NCBI GenBank assembly: GCA_963663165.1 | Contig: OY760175.1 | Span: 1,504,001 to 1,568,000 of the forward strand | Length of the DNA: 64,000 nt | Direction of reading: 5' to 3' | Source of the DNA: an uncultured Desulfospira sp. | Lineage (GTDB): Bacteria > Desulfobacterota > Desulfobacteria > Desulfobacterales > Desulfobacteraceae | In this document: positions 1 to 9,729 of the stretch, in pieces | Layout of the letters: each line of letters begins with the position of its first letter | Position numbering within the stretch: position 1 is the first letter of the stretch | The notes under the pieces: model-generated | The model's input: only the letters and a program-made list of their open reading frames with translations | The model's database searches: none | Told to the model about the DNA's origin: nothing | Translations under genes and position numbers: made by a program

Positions 1-1155
1 ATAATCCTCGGGCGTGTTCAGCCGCTGGTAGAGTCCCTTGATCATACCGGTCCGGATAACATGGGCCATGACCCGGTCCACGGTCTGCTTTTCGGCCACG
101 CCAAGGGTGGCCAGAATAGAGCGGATCATGCTCATGGCATTGATGGTCCGGTACCCCCCGAAATACCCGAGATCACTTTTACTTTCCCGGTGAATCTTTC
201 CCTTTATGGGCAGCTTATATCCGCACCGGCAGATGCCGTCAGGCCGGCTGTGGTTAAGGCTGGCGCACATGGGGCCGAAAAAACCCCGGGACATGATGGT
301 TTCTTTGCACGACGGACACCGGGAGTTAAGGTGGCCGGTTCCCGGGGTATTGAACAAAAAGACATGGTCCAGATGGGCCTCAAGGCGACGGCAAAGATCC
401 TCGGCCTCAAGGGCGCTGGGTTCCATGTCCACCGAGGCCGTGCCAAAGGGGATGAACCGCATGACCTGGCAGGGGATTTCCCGTGACAGGGAGGCAATAA
501 ACCGGGCGGTGTCTTCAACCTCAGCTTCTTTGGCCTTTCTGAAAACCACAGACACTTCAATGTAAACATTCTTTTTGTACAGATACTCGATGTTCCGGAA
601 AACCGGGGCCGGGTCCGGTATGCCGCACTCCCTGTAAACCTCAGGAGAGGTTCCCTTGATCCCGATGTTGACAAAATCAAGGTAGGGGATCAGGGCGTCC
701 AACGCCTTCAGGGTCATGTATCCGTTGGTGGAGCAGCCCATCAGAAGCCCTTTGGTTTTGGCGATAATGGCCAGACGCATAAAGGTAAAATAAGAGACCG
801 TGGGCTCGTTAAAGCAGAACATCACCCCGATACACCCGGTCTCTTGGGCCAGCGCCGGGATCTGCTCCGGGCTGACTTCGGCAAACTCTGCCCGGACCGC
901 CCCGATGTGGTCGGTGATAATTTCAGACACACACCCGGGACATTTAAAATTACACCCCACCGTACACACCTGCAAAAATTTCCCATTGGGATGATAATGG
1001 ACCAGGGGCATGGATTCAATGGGCGTATCCACTGCCGCCAGGATTCTGTCCGGATACACTTCCCGGATCAGGTTGCCGGCAGCGGTAATCATTCCGCACC
1101 GGCCGGTTCTTCCTTCTTTGATGTCACAACCAAGTTCACAAATCGAGCATTTCAC
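1..1155 (-). CDS. Radical SAM protein, PflA/AmmeMemoRadiSAM-like (3' end runs off the window)
   Basis: Translated by hand from GTG at 1155: MKCSICELGC...RTGRCG...CTVGCNFKCPGCVSE (CxxxCxxC motif plus N-terminal Cys cluster), later FNEPT and STNGY. Frame is open to base 1. Absent from the ORF track because it has no stop in the window. Confidence 0.85.
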   Translation of the reverse strand, partial: MKCSICELGCDIKEGRTGRCGMITAAGNLIREVYPDRILAAVDTPIESMPLVHYHPNGKFLQVCTVGCNFKCPGCVSEIITDHIGAVRAEFAEVSPEQIPALAQETGCIGVMFCFNEPTVSYFTFMRLAIIAKTKGLLMGCSTNGYMTLKALDALIPYLDFVNIGIKGTSPEVYRECGIPDPAPVFRNIEYLYKKNVYIEVSVVFRKAKEAEVEDTARFIASLSREIPCQVMRFIPFGTASVDMEPSALEAEDLCRRLEAHLDHVFLFNTPGTGHLNSRCPSCKETIMSRGFFGPMCASLNHSRPDGICRCGYKLPIKGKIHRESKSDLGYFGGYRTINAMSMIRSILATLGVAEKQTVDRVMAHVIRTGMIKGLYQRLNTPEDY

Positions 1156-1252
1156 AGGCGTTTTTCCTCTATTAGATTTTGGATCTTAGACTTTAGAAAG
1201 GCCACCGCAGAATCGTTTTCCGATCTCCTGTTTCCGGTTTCCGCTCTCCCCC

Positions 1253-3292
1253 TTAAAATCTGAGCGTCACACCGGCCAGAAAGTTAAACCCGGGTTCAGG
1301 GCCGTTGGTTTCATAATAATCCTCATCCAGAAGGTTGCTTCCCTGGACAAAGAGCTCCGGCTCCACCGCCCCCACCTTGTCAAATCTCTGGGATAATTTC
1401 GCGTTAACCAGAAAATAGGACGGCAGCTCTTCCCATTCATAGGTATCTGAATTTTCCCAATGCTGGCCCCGGTTGTAGCAGGCCTGAATGTCGGCTTTGA
1501 GCCCGAAAGAAAACGTGTATCCCAGAACCAGGTTAAGCCGGTGCCGGGGCCGGCCTTCAAGGTCCCGGTTATCGTTGGATTTATCCTTAGTGGACATATA
1601 GGTGTAATTAAGGCCGATATTCAAGGATGGGGACAGGGCAACATCAATACCGGCTTCAACACCGTAAATAACGGCTTCATTAATATTGATATAAGCGGTG
1701 TCACCGTTAATTCTGGTGGTATCAATTAAATCTTCCACATCATTGTAAAAAAAGGCAGCGCTGGTCTGAATCCTGGGGTTAACCCGGTGGGATAGTCCCA
1801 CTTCATAGGCCAGGGTTTTTTCCGGGTCCAGGTCCGGGTTGCCGCCCACAAGGTCGCTGTAAAGTTCCTTTAAGCTTGGGAACCGGGTTTTTTGACCCAC
1901 TGACGCGTGAATACTGGTGGCCTCGGTGGCCTTAAACACGACCCCGATCTGAGGATTAAAGGCATCGCTTTTGCCGGGTTCGGGCTGGTCAGCGGTTTTG
2001 GTGGGTTCAAAAAAATCCCAGCTGGTCCCCACCACAATGGTCACCCTGTCCCGCAGGGAGAACTCGTTCTCCACGGCAAAGGTATAGGTCCGGGCCGTGT
2101 ATTTCTGGGGGTCGTCCCAGCCTGTAGCGGCCCATCCGTTTAAAACCGAGAAACAGTCACTGCTTAAATAGTTGCCCTCTTTGTGATTGTCTTCCATGAA
2201 ATTAACCCCTAAACGCAAGGTATCCTTGGCGCAAAGTTCGAAAGCGCCCTGCAATTCTCCGCCGGTGGAGGTATCTTCATAAAAGCTTTTTTCAAACCAT
2301 TTTTTCCCGCTGGTGGTATGGTCGGCATCCCAGCTCACATCGGTAAGGCCGTCTTCGTGGCTGACATAGAACAGCCTGGCCTTGACCCTGGCCTTTTCAC
2401 TGAAGTGATGCTCCCCAGCCAAATTAAGCTGCCATTGTTTCCAGTGGTCATAGGCCCAGTACCGGTTGTAAAAAGTGGGAACCCCCCGATCGTTATCCAC
2501 ATAATTAAAGGATAGATAAAGGCTTGAATCACCGCCGGGATCATATCCGACCTTCATGTCCAGATTTTTCTTTTCATAATCGCTCAAATCCCGCTTGCCG
2601 CCGTCTTCGTTGTACGGGGTGCCCAGGCCGACCACGGGGTCGGACGGGTCGAAATCACTGGACAACCGGTAACCGTCGCTGGTTTTAATCCCTGCAGAGA
2701 GCCAGTAATTGAAATTTTTGGAACTTCCCCCGTGACTTGCCGAATACTGGGCGGTATTATAATCGCCAAAAGCGGCGGACAGGGAGGTCTCAGGGGTCTT
2801 GCCCCCCCTTTTGGTAATAATGTTGATGACACCACCCATGGTATTGGCACCGTAAAGTACCGAGCTTGCCCCTTTGGTGATGGTAATCTTTGAAATGGTG
2901 TCCGCCGGCAACATGGACAGGTCCACAGTACCAAAATAGGTTTCCCTGGCCGGCACACCGTCGATGAGAATTTTGACCTGGCGCTGTTCAAAACCCCGGA
3001 TGCTGACATGGACATCGCCTTTGCCGCCGGACTGGACAAACACCCCGGGAATAAATTCAAGGGCCTGGGCGGCTGTAGTTGCGCCTTTGGCAGTGATTTT
3101 GGCCATAGAAACCTCTGTGGTGGTGGTGGCAAGGTCAGCGGCAATCTGCCGGCCGGTGATAATGACTTCACCCAGTTCAAATACCCGGCTGTCAATGGTT
3201 TCATCTTCTTGTGCAAAGGCCGTTACCGGCCAGGCCGCAACAAGCCAGCAGGACATTAACAGAAAAACGGTTCGCTTCATCATCAAGTTCAT
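1253..3292 (-). CDS. TonB-dependent outer-membrane receptor
   Basis: Signal peptide, plug motifs (SIRG, ILIDGVP, KGASSVLYG...GGVINIITK), NLLDEDY and a terminal Phe. Confidence 0.93.
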   Translation of the reverse strand: MNLMMKRTVFLLMSCWLVAAWPVTAFAQEDETIDSRVFELGEVIITGRQIAADLATTTTEVSMAKITAKGATTAAQALEFIPGVFVQSGGKGDVHVSIRGFEQRQVKILIDGVPARETYFGTVDLSMLPADTISKITITKGASSVLYGANTMGGVINIITKRGGKTPETSLSAAFGDYNTAQYSASHGGSSKNFNYWLSAGIKTSDGYRLSSDFDPSDPVVGLGTPYNEDGGKRDLSDYEKKNLDMKVGYDPGGDSSLYLSFNYVDNDRGVPTFYNRYWAYDHWKQWQLNLAGEHHFSEKARVKARLFYVSHEDGLTDVSWDADHTTSGKKWFEKSFYEDTSTGGELQGAFELCAKDTLRLGVNFMEDNHKEGNYLSSDCFSVLNGWAATGWDDPQKYTARTYTFAVENEFSLRDRVTIVVGTSWDFFEPTKTADQPEPGKSDAFNPQIGVVFKATEATSIHASVGQKTRFPSLKELYSDLVGGNPDLDPEKTLAYEVGLSHRVNPRIQTSAAFFYNDVEDLIDTTRINGDTAYININEAVIYGVEAGIDVALSPSLNIGLNYTYMSTKDKSNDNRDLEGRPRHRLNLVLGYTFSFGLKADIQACYNRGQHWENSDTYEWEELPSYFLVNAKLSQRFDKVGAVEPELFVQGSNLLDEDYYETNGPEPGFNFLAGVTLRF

Positions 3293-3319
3293 TCTTTTCT
3301 CCTTTTTCAGGTGGGTGGG

Positions 3320-4423
3320 CTACCCGGGCGGCAGATGAGAAAGGATCTGTTTCGCCTGGGTCAACGTCAGGTTGTAATGATAAAATCGGGCATAATAATC
3401 TATAAGTTCGCCCGGCAGGTTAAGGTTCTGGAACAGGTCCGGATGGAACAGCCTGGCCATAAACAGGATGCACAAAAAGGACTCCGTGCTGAAATGGCTC
3501 CAGTAAAACTGGCCTTCAGGACTCATCACCACGTTCTGATTTTTAACGGCTTTGATGTGTTGAAACCGGGGGTTGGAGACGATGGGATCGATGGAGGGCA
3601 GGGTACTGACGATAATAATATCCGGATCCCATAAGATCATCTCCTCCGTGCTGACCGTAACATAATAGGAGGATTCGTCATGGGTGAGCATGGTCCCCCC
3701 GGCAGCGGTCACCAGCCAGTCCGCCGTAGAATGGCGGGTCTGGGTACTGGTTGAGCCATTAATCTGTCCGCAAAAATAAAATACCCTGGGCCGCTCGGAT
3801 AACGGGATCTGAGAGGTGACACGGGTCACTTTCCGGATCCGCTCATCCGCCCATGTACAATAGGCCTTTGCCTGTTTCCAGGCATCGGGGCCCAGCACCT
3901 GGCCATAAAAGCGGATCTGGCCGTACCAGTCTTCAAGAAAATCTTCCAGGGTATGCTGCCGGACGCCGCCGTCGTAAGGAACCACTACGGGAAGTCCGGC
4001 AGAAGTCATCAGGTCAATCTGTTTGGCAAAGGGATGGTAAATCACCAGGTCAACCTTCAGGTTAAGCATCTGCTCCACATCCGGGGCCCCGTAATTGCCT
4101 GACGCCGGAATACTATTTAAGCCGGGATTAACAACCATGTTCCAGGGCAGTGATACATTGGCTGCCATGGCCACCCGGTCAACAGCACCAAGGGCTAAAA
4201 GCTTTTCATAACTAGGTCCGAAAAGGCAGGCCACCCGTTGGGGAACCATAGGGATTTCAACACGACGGCCGGCCCTGTCCGTAACCACCCGGGTTTCCCC
4301 ATCTGCCCAAACCGGGGGCAGGCTGTTCAAACAAAACATTACCATCAGGATATACGCCAAAAGCCCGGGCCGGACGGTTTGAATTATCAAGGATCCATTT
4401 TTCGTGGTGAATCTCAGTGTCAT
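3320..4423 (-). CDS. ABC transporter periplasmic binding protein (BtuF/FecB-type, iron-chelate/cobalamin class)
   Basis: VTDRAGRRVEIP..PQRV, EQMLNLKVDLV, VSTEEMILWDPDII and AVKNQNV motifs; operon context. Confidence 0.88.
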   Translation of the reverse strand: MTLRFTTKNGSLIIQTVRPGLLAYILMVMFCLNSLPPVWADGETRVVTDRAGRRVEIPMVPQRVACLFGPSYEKLLALGAVDRVAMAANVSLPWNMVVNPGLNSIPASGNYGAPDVEQMLNLKVDLVIYHPFAKQIDLMTSAGLPVVVPYDGGVRQHTLEDFLEDWYGQIRFYGQVLGPDAWKQAKAYCTWADERIRKVTRVTSQIPLSERPRVFYFCGQINGSTSTQTRHSTADWLVTAAGGTMLTHDESSYYVTVSTEEMILWDPDIIIVSTLPSIDPIVSNPRFQHIKAVKNQNVVMSPEGQFYWSHFSTESFLCILFMARLFHPDLFQNLNLPGELIDYYARFYHYNLTLTQAKQILSHLPPG

Positions 4424-4431
4424 GATATAGT

Positions 4432-5454
4432 TTATCCTTTGTCATTCCAGGGATTGGACCGGTTACGGATCAGAAGGTATCCAAAACAGGGGGCGCCGAT
4501 AATGGCGGTGAGAATGCCCACGGGGATTTCACCACCGGGCAGAAGCCGGGCGGCCGTATCCATGGCCAGCATAAAAATGCCGCCCAAAAGGGCTGAAAAC
4601 GGGACCAGCACATCATGGTCAGCCCCCACGGTCATCCGGGCCATATGGGGAATCATCAACCCGACCCAGCCGATACTGCCGCAAGGTGCCGTGGCCGCCG
4701 ATACCATCAAGGTGGCCAAAATAATATAAACGGCCCGGCGTCTTTCCGTGTTGACCCCTAAGGACAAGGCCTCTTCTTCTCCTAAGGCCATGGGGTTGAG
4801 CCCCCAGGAAAATGCCCGGCAGACCAAAATTCCGGCAAGAATCACGCCTCCGCCGCCGGCCACATCCGTCCATGTCACGCTGTTAAAGCTGCCCATTGTC
4901 CAGAACACAATGGCCGGCAGCTGTCCTAAAGGGTCTGCCTTGCACTTGATGTAAGACAGACCGGCAACAAAAAGGGAGGACACAATCACCCCGGCCAGAA
5001 CCAGGGTCGTGATGGACCGGTCCGCGCGTTTGCCAATCATATAGGTAATCCAGACCGCCACAAGGCCCCAGAAAAAAGCGGATATCTGGATAAACACAGC
5101 TGATCCTGAAAAGAAAAGCAGGCCCAGGGCTGCCCCGAAATTGGCACCGGAGGTAACCCCTAGAATGCCCGGAGAGACCAACGGATTCTTAAACAAACTT
5201 TGAAACACCGTACCAGAGACCGACAAGGCCGCCCCCACCAGGACCGACATCAGGATCCGGGGCATCCTGACAGACCAGAGGACAAGGCCTGGACCGACAA
5301 GGTCAGGGGTAAACTCCAACAGCCCGGTTTTGCAGACAATCAGTTTTCCCAGGGTGGATAGGCCAAGGGGATATTTTCCTGCGGCCAGAGCGATGCAGGA
5401 AAGGCCGCCGAGAACGAGAAAACCAATAAAAAATAACGGGTTGAATCTGGTCAC
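4432..5454 (-). CDS. FecCD/BtuC-family ABC permease
   Basis: RMPRI...GAALSVSG.VFQ.LFKNPLVSPGILGV; GWVGLMIPHMAR; EIPVGILTAIIGAP. Confidence 0.93.
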   Translation of the reverse strand: MTRFNPLFFIGFLVLGGLSCIALAAGKYPLGLSTLGKLIVCKTGLLEFTPDLVGPGLVLWSVRMPRILMSVLVGAALSVSGTVFQSLFKNPLVSPGILGVTSGANFGAALGLLFFSGSAVFIQISAFFWGLVAVWITYMIGKRADRSITTLVLAGVIVSSLFVAGLSYIKCKADPLGQLPAIVFWTMGSFNSVTWTDVAGGGGVILAGILVCRAFSWGLNPMALGEEEALSLGVNTERRRAVYIILATLMVSAATAPCGSIGWVGLMIPHMARMTVGADHDVLVPFSALLGGIFMLAMDTAARLLPGGEIPVGILTAIIGAPCFGYLLIRNRSNPWNDKG

Positions 5455-5466
5455 AGCACGCCCCCC

Positions 5467-6282
5467 TTATGCCCTGGCAACCGACTTCAGCACCAGGGGG
5501 GAGCCCTGGTTCATATCCGGGATAATGGTCACATTACCGGAGGCCTTGCCGGCAACAATGACCTTTATACCGTACACGGATTCAATGGTTTCGGCCTGGA
5601 ACAGGTCCCGGGCAGGGCCGCAGCCAAACACCCTTCCCTGTTTGAGCATCACAACGGTATCGCAGTACCGTGACGCTAAATTGGGGTCATGAAGGGAGAC
5701 CACGGTGGTCAGGCTTTCCTGTCTGGTGATCCGGTGAACCGTGTCCAGAATCAGGTGCTGATTTTTAAAATCCAGGTGGGCCGTGGGTTCGTCCAGCAGA
5801 AGAACGGAAGGAGACTGAAACATGGCCCGGGCCAGCAGAATAATCTGCCGTTCGCCGCCGCTAAGGGCATTGTAGGGCCGCTGACTTAAGTTTCCCATGC
5901 CAAGGGTTTCCAATATATTCTCTGCCTTTCCTGCATCATCCAGGGACGGGCGCTGCCACATGGAAAGCCTGGCTGCCTTTGCCATGAGGACCATGTGCAG
6001 GGCGGTAAATGAAAAGGCCACATCGCTTTGCTGGGGCACCACGGCCATAAGGCCGGCCACGGCCTTTCGAGACATGTCCCCTACCCGTTTTCCGGCAAAG
6101 CTTACATACCCTTTCCGGGGCTCAAGCAGCCCGTTCAGGCATTTGAACAGGGTGGTTTTCCCGGAGCCGTTGGGCCCTATAAGGCCGCAGATCCTGCCCG
6201 GTTCTACGCCAAAACTGATGTCCATTAAGACAGGGGTTTCTGAGTAAGCAAAATCAAGGTGATGAACATCAAGGGTCAGCAT
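5467..6282 (-). CDS. ABC transporter ATP-binding protein (FecE/BtuD-like)
   Basis: GPNGSGKT, LSGGERQ, LLLDEPTAHLD; start moved to ATG 6282, which follows a GAGGAG RBS. Confidence 0.93.
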   Translation of the reverse strand: MLTLDVHHLDFAYSETPVLMDISFGVEPGRICGLIGPNGSGKTTLFKCLNGLLEPRKGYVSFAGKRVGDMSRKAVAGLMAVVPQQSDVAFSFTALHMVLMAKAARLSMWQRPSLDDAGKAENILETLGMGNLSQRPYNALSGGERQIILLARAMFQSPSVLLLDEPTAHLDFKNQHLILDTVHRITRQESLTTVVSLHDPNLASRYCDTVVMLKQGRVFGCGPARDLFQAETIESVYGIKVIVAGKASGNVTIIPDMNQGSPLVLKSVARA

Positions 6283-6537
6283 GGGGCTCCTCAAATTCAG
6301 GGTTATCGGGTACGCTGCCAAAAATGTCGTTTAAAAATTATCTTTGTAGTTTAATCACGACACCATGAGAATGAGACATACTATTTGTCGTTTATAGTTG
6401 TCAATAACAATTTATTCACGTCAAACCCAACGGGTAATTTTTTCGCGAAAAATTTTGGAAATAGATTATGGGGGGGGGGACAAACCTATGGAAAGGAAAC
6501 GACGAGCCCGGATGTTACAATCATCTGGGATCTCGCG

Positions 6538-6584
6538 GTTGGAGTGGGCCATGGCCACGATTTGCGGACATTGCCCGCTCCAGC
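6538..6584. repeat. Degenerate REP doublet (inverted pair)
   Basis: GTTGGAGTGGGCCATGGCCACGA-TTTGCGGACATTGCCCGCTCCAGC, similar to the perfect copy at 63534-63584. Confidence 0.7.
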
Positions 6585-6668
6585 CGGACTTTTTTTCATG
6601 CTTTTTCTCTTGATCGAATTATTGTTTGGTGTTTGAACAAAAAGTCACCCATCTGCCATCACAATCCA

Positions 6669-7637
6669 TCAGGCCCGGGCAATAAACACGGCCCGGACAG
6701 GGGCCGGATACCCCTCAACGGTTTTCATGGGATTTTCAGGGTCCAGAAAATCTTTGAGGGACTCTGTCTGAACCCAGTCTGTTTTCCGCTGTTCTTCACA
6801 ACTGGTCCGGGTGACGTCAACACACTGAATATCTTTAAATCCGGACCGTTCAAGCCATGATCCCATGACCGCAAGGTCCGGGATAAAGAAAACATTTCTC
6901 ATTTTGGCATACCGGTCTTTGGGGAACAGGCAGCGGTGATCTGTCCCTTCAAGCACCAGGTTCTCCAAAATAATATACCCCCCGGGCTTAAGGGAATCAT
7001 GAATGGTTGACAGCATCTCAAGGGGCGATTTTCTGTGATACAGAATCCCCATGCAAAAAACCAGGTCAAATACCTGCTCTATTGGCGGCAGCCGGTCATA
7101 GGGAACCGGCAGGCAGAACACCCGGTCCTGTTTTAACAGTTTTCTGGCCGTCAGATACTGGTAGTAAAAGGCACTCTGGGGTTCCACCCCCAGGACAAAC
7201 TGCGGGGCATGGGCCGCCATCCGGAACATGTAATACCCGTTGCTGGAGCCGATATCCAGGATCCGCTTATATTTCAGGTCCGGCAGATGGGGCACCAGGC
7301 GGGACCACTTCATCCAGGACTGCCATTCGGCATCCACTTTAACCCCGAAAAAATCAAAAGGGCCTTTGCGCCAGGGGCTTAAGCGTTTGAGGGCGGCTTC
7401 AAGTCTGCGGTGTGCTCCAGGCTCCAGGCCGGTTTCCGATCCTGCCGTGACAAACCGGCCCCCAAGGTCGATGCGGGAAGGGGAAAGATCCGGAATTTCT
7501 TCAAATACCTGCCGGTGTTTGGCATAATTGCCCCCGGCCTGATCCAGAAAGGTGCGGGTTTCCTCTACCAGATTGAAAAGCGGGTCCTGATACCGCTCAA
7601 ACCCGAATTCTTTATACTGTTCTAAAAAGGCTTCCAT
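6669..7637 (-). CDS. cmoB: tRNA U34 carboxymethyltransferase CmoB
   Basis: PWRKGPF, DAEWQSWMKW, RYAKMRNVFFIP, EQRKTDW, TVEGYPAP; adjacent to cmoA; start set to MEAFLEQY. Confidence 0.93.
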   Translation of the reverse strand: MEAFLEQYKEFGFERYQDPLFNLVEETRTFLDQAGGNYAKHRQVFEEIPDLSPSRIDLGGRFVTAGSETGLEPGAHRRLEAALKRLSPWRKGPFDFFGVKVDAEWQSWMKWSRLVPHLPDLKYKRILDIGSSNGYYMFRMAAHAPQFVLGVEPQSAFYYQYLTARKLLKQDRVFCLPVPYDRLPPIEQVFDLVFCMGILYHRKSPLEMLSTIHDSLKPGGYIILENLVLEGTDHRCLFPKDRYAKMRNVFFIPDLAVMGSWLERSGFKDIQCVDVTRTSCEEQRKTDWVQTESLKDFLDPENPMKTVEGYPAPVRAVFIARA

Positions 7638-7648
7638 TTTATTTCCTG

Positions 7649-8374
7649 CTACTTTACAGCGATAAATGATGTGAAATGATGCCACTTAAGCCAGATGTCC
7701 GTCCGGGCGAACCCTGCCCGGGCCAACCGCTGAATATGGGTATCCACGGTTTCAGGCACCAGAACCTTTTCCAGGGCATCCCGTTTCTGGCTGATCTCAA
7801 GTTCCGAATACCCGTTGTCCAGTTTAAACTGCCGGTATTCGTCCAGCACAAGGTCGTTGATGATCCCCGGGGGCGGGGCAATTTTTTCAGTGAGCAGCAA
7901 TATCCCGCCGGGCAGCAGCCCGTCGTAAACTTTTTGGATCAGCCCGGTCCGTTTTTGAAGTTCCAGAAACTGTAGGGTTAGGTTAATGATCACCACCGAG
8001 GCATTGGTAATGCCGATATCTTCCATGCCGGCGCAGACCAGATCAATTTTTCCCAAAGCCCCTGATGCTTCGAGCCGGGACCGGTACTTCTCGATCATGG
8101 GAAGGGAATTGTCCACGGCCGTCATGGCAAAGGAACTGTCCCCAAACTGTTCCAGGATCAAAAATCCCAGGTTGCCATGGGAACAGCCCAGGTCATAGAT
8201 CCGGCTGTTTTCCCGGTAAAACCGCCTGGCCATCCGGGCCTGGCACCTGACCCCCTCCCGGTAAAGGGGGACTGAACGCTCCAGCATATCGTCAAACACC
8301 CGGGCCACCTCCCGGTTAAAGGCAAACGGCTGAACCTTATCTTTTTTTTGTGCAAATACCTTATCTTTTTCCAT
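7649..8374 (-). CDS. cmoA: Carboxy-S-adenosyl-L-methionine synthase CmoA
   Basis: FAFNREVARVFDDMLERSVPLY, YDLGCSHG, NGYSELEISQKRDALE. Confidence 0.95.
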   Translation of the reverse strand: MEKDKVFAQKKDKVQPFAFNREVARVFDDMLERSVPLYREGVRCQARMARRFYRENSRIYDLGCSHGNLGFLILEQFGDSSFAMTAVDNSLPMIEKYRSRLEASGALGKIDLVCAGMEDIGITNASVVIINLTLQFLELQKRTGLIQKVYDGLLPGGILLLTEKIAPPPGIINDLVLDEYRQFKLDNGYSELEISQKRDALEKVLVPETVDTHIQRLARAGFARTDIWLKWHHFTSFIAVK

Positions 8375-8454
8375 ATTCCCTGCCTGTCCAGTTTGCCGGC
8401 ATTTTTATCCTATTTAATCGGCAATAGCAAGATACATGAGCCCGGCGTTTTCGG

Positions 8455-8503
8455 TCTCCTGTCTCCCGTCTCCTGTCTCCTTTTCCTTGTTTCTTATCTC
8501 CTG
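8455..8503. repeat. Degenerate heptamer tandem repeat (TCTCCTG-like)
   Basis: tctcctg tctcccg tctcctg tctcctt ttccttg tttctta tctcctg. Confidence 0.7.
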
Positions 8504-8573
8504 TCATGGTATTTTCCATTTATCATCCCGCCGTCTGCCGGAGATTCGGAAATATTCACAAGGAGGAAGAACC

Positions 8574-9722
8574 ATGGAAATAATGGGAATTGATGTGGGG
8601 TTTGGTTTTACAAAAGCATATAACTCAAAAAACTCTGTCATATTCAAGTCCCTGATCGGTGACGCCACAGAGATCCAGTTCCGGTCCGCTTTAGACGAAA
8701 CATCCGCCGCATCCAGACTCCATATCACCCTGGAAGGAAAATCCTATTTTTTAGGAAACTATGCCGAGCTTCAATCGAGCATTACCGAATATACCCTGGA
8801 CCAGGATACGCTCCTTGAAAAATTTGTCAAAATCATGGCCGTGGCCGCCGCCGGTGTATGCACTGATTCAGAAGGACCCATCAATGTGGTCACAGGACTT
8901 CCCGTGGGCTTTTTGAAACGCGATTCCAGACGGCTTAAGGAAATGATTAAAGGATTCCACGAAATCACCTTCCATTCGGAAAACGGCGACCAGACCACCC
9001 GGCAGATCCACATTGACCAAGTCCATGTCATTCCCCAGCCCATCGGCTCTATTTTCAATCTGATTTTTGACGAATTCGGCAAAATTACAAACCGGCCCCT
9101 GGCGACCAGTAAGATCGGCGTAGTGGATGTTGGCTTTAAAACAACGGATTTTTCCATATTTGACCATCTCCAGTATGTTGAACGGGGATCGTCCACCATT
9201 GATACGGGCATCTCCAAATGCTTTTCAGTGATTGCCAACAAACTGCGCCAGGAAAGCGGTATCAATATCGAATTATACCGGATATTCAAATTTATCGAAT
9301 CGGGCACCATCAAAATCAAGGGTAAAGAGTACAACATCACCAGTCTGAAGAAAAAAGTCTATAACCATGCTGCCAGCACCATTGCCTCTCACCTGAACCG
9401 GTTGTGGGAAAATGACTGGGACATGGATACCATTGTCCTGTCCGGCGGCGGCAGCACCCCCCTGGCCGTTTATCTGTCCCCTTTGATCGAAGGCAATGTG
9501 ATTCCTATCCAAAAGGACATAGATGCCCGGTTTAACAATGTTCAGGGGTATTGCAAATTCGGCCATTATAAATGGGGCAAACTCATCAATGAGGCAAAGG
9601 CTTCCCAAACCAGGCCTTTGGCCCTGCCTGAGCAAAACGGCCCGGATCAGCCGGCTTCAGATCCGGATCATCTGGACGGGACCCCCAAGGGACTGGCATG
9701 GCTCAGACGGCAGAACAACTGA
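8574..9722 (+). CDS. ParM/StbA-family actin-like ATPase
   Basis: GIDVGFGFTK, VTGLP, PQPIG, VVDVGFKTTD, LSGGGS, NVQGY; AGGAGG RBS before ATG 8574. Confidence 0.88.
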   Translation: MEIMGIDVGFGFTKAYNSKNSVIFKSLIGDATEIQFRSALDETSAASRLHITLEGKSYFLGNYAELQSSITEYTLDQDTLLEKFVKIMAVAAAGVCTDSEGPINVVTGLPVGFLKRDSRRLKEMIKGFHEITFHSENGDQTTRQIHIDQVHVIPQPIGSIFNLIFDEFGKITNRPLATSKIGVVDVGFKTTDFSIFDHLQYVERGSSTIDTGISKCFSVIANKLRQESGINIELYRIFKFIESGTIKIKGKEYNITSLKKKVYNHAASTIASHLNRLWENDWDMDTIVLSGGGSTPLAVYLSPLIEGNVIPIQKDIDARFNNVQGYCKFGHYKWGKLINEAKASQTRPLALPEQNGPDQPASDPDHLDGTPKGLAWLRRQNN

Positions 9723-9729
9723 TAATAAG

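Noticed and set aside
6283..6668. Cobalamin riboswitch upstream of the TonB/ABC operon
   Set aside because: No recognisable B12-box/GGGAA core; the structure there is explained by REP and MITE fragments.
8436..8573. N-terminal extensions in the ORF track (parM-like, larB, ilvB, cimA, qrcB, ccsA, PEP-CTERM, rpoH)
   Set aside because: Upstream starts read through repeats or neighbouring genes; downstream starts fit the RBS and family N-termini better.
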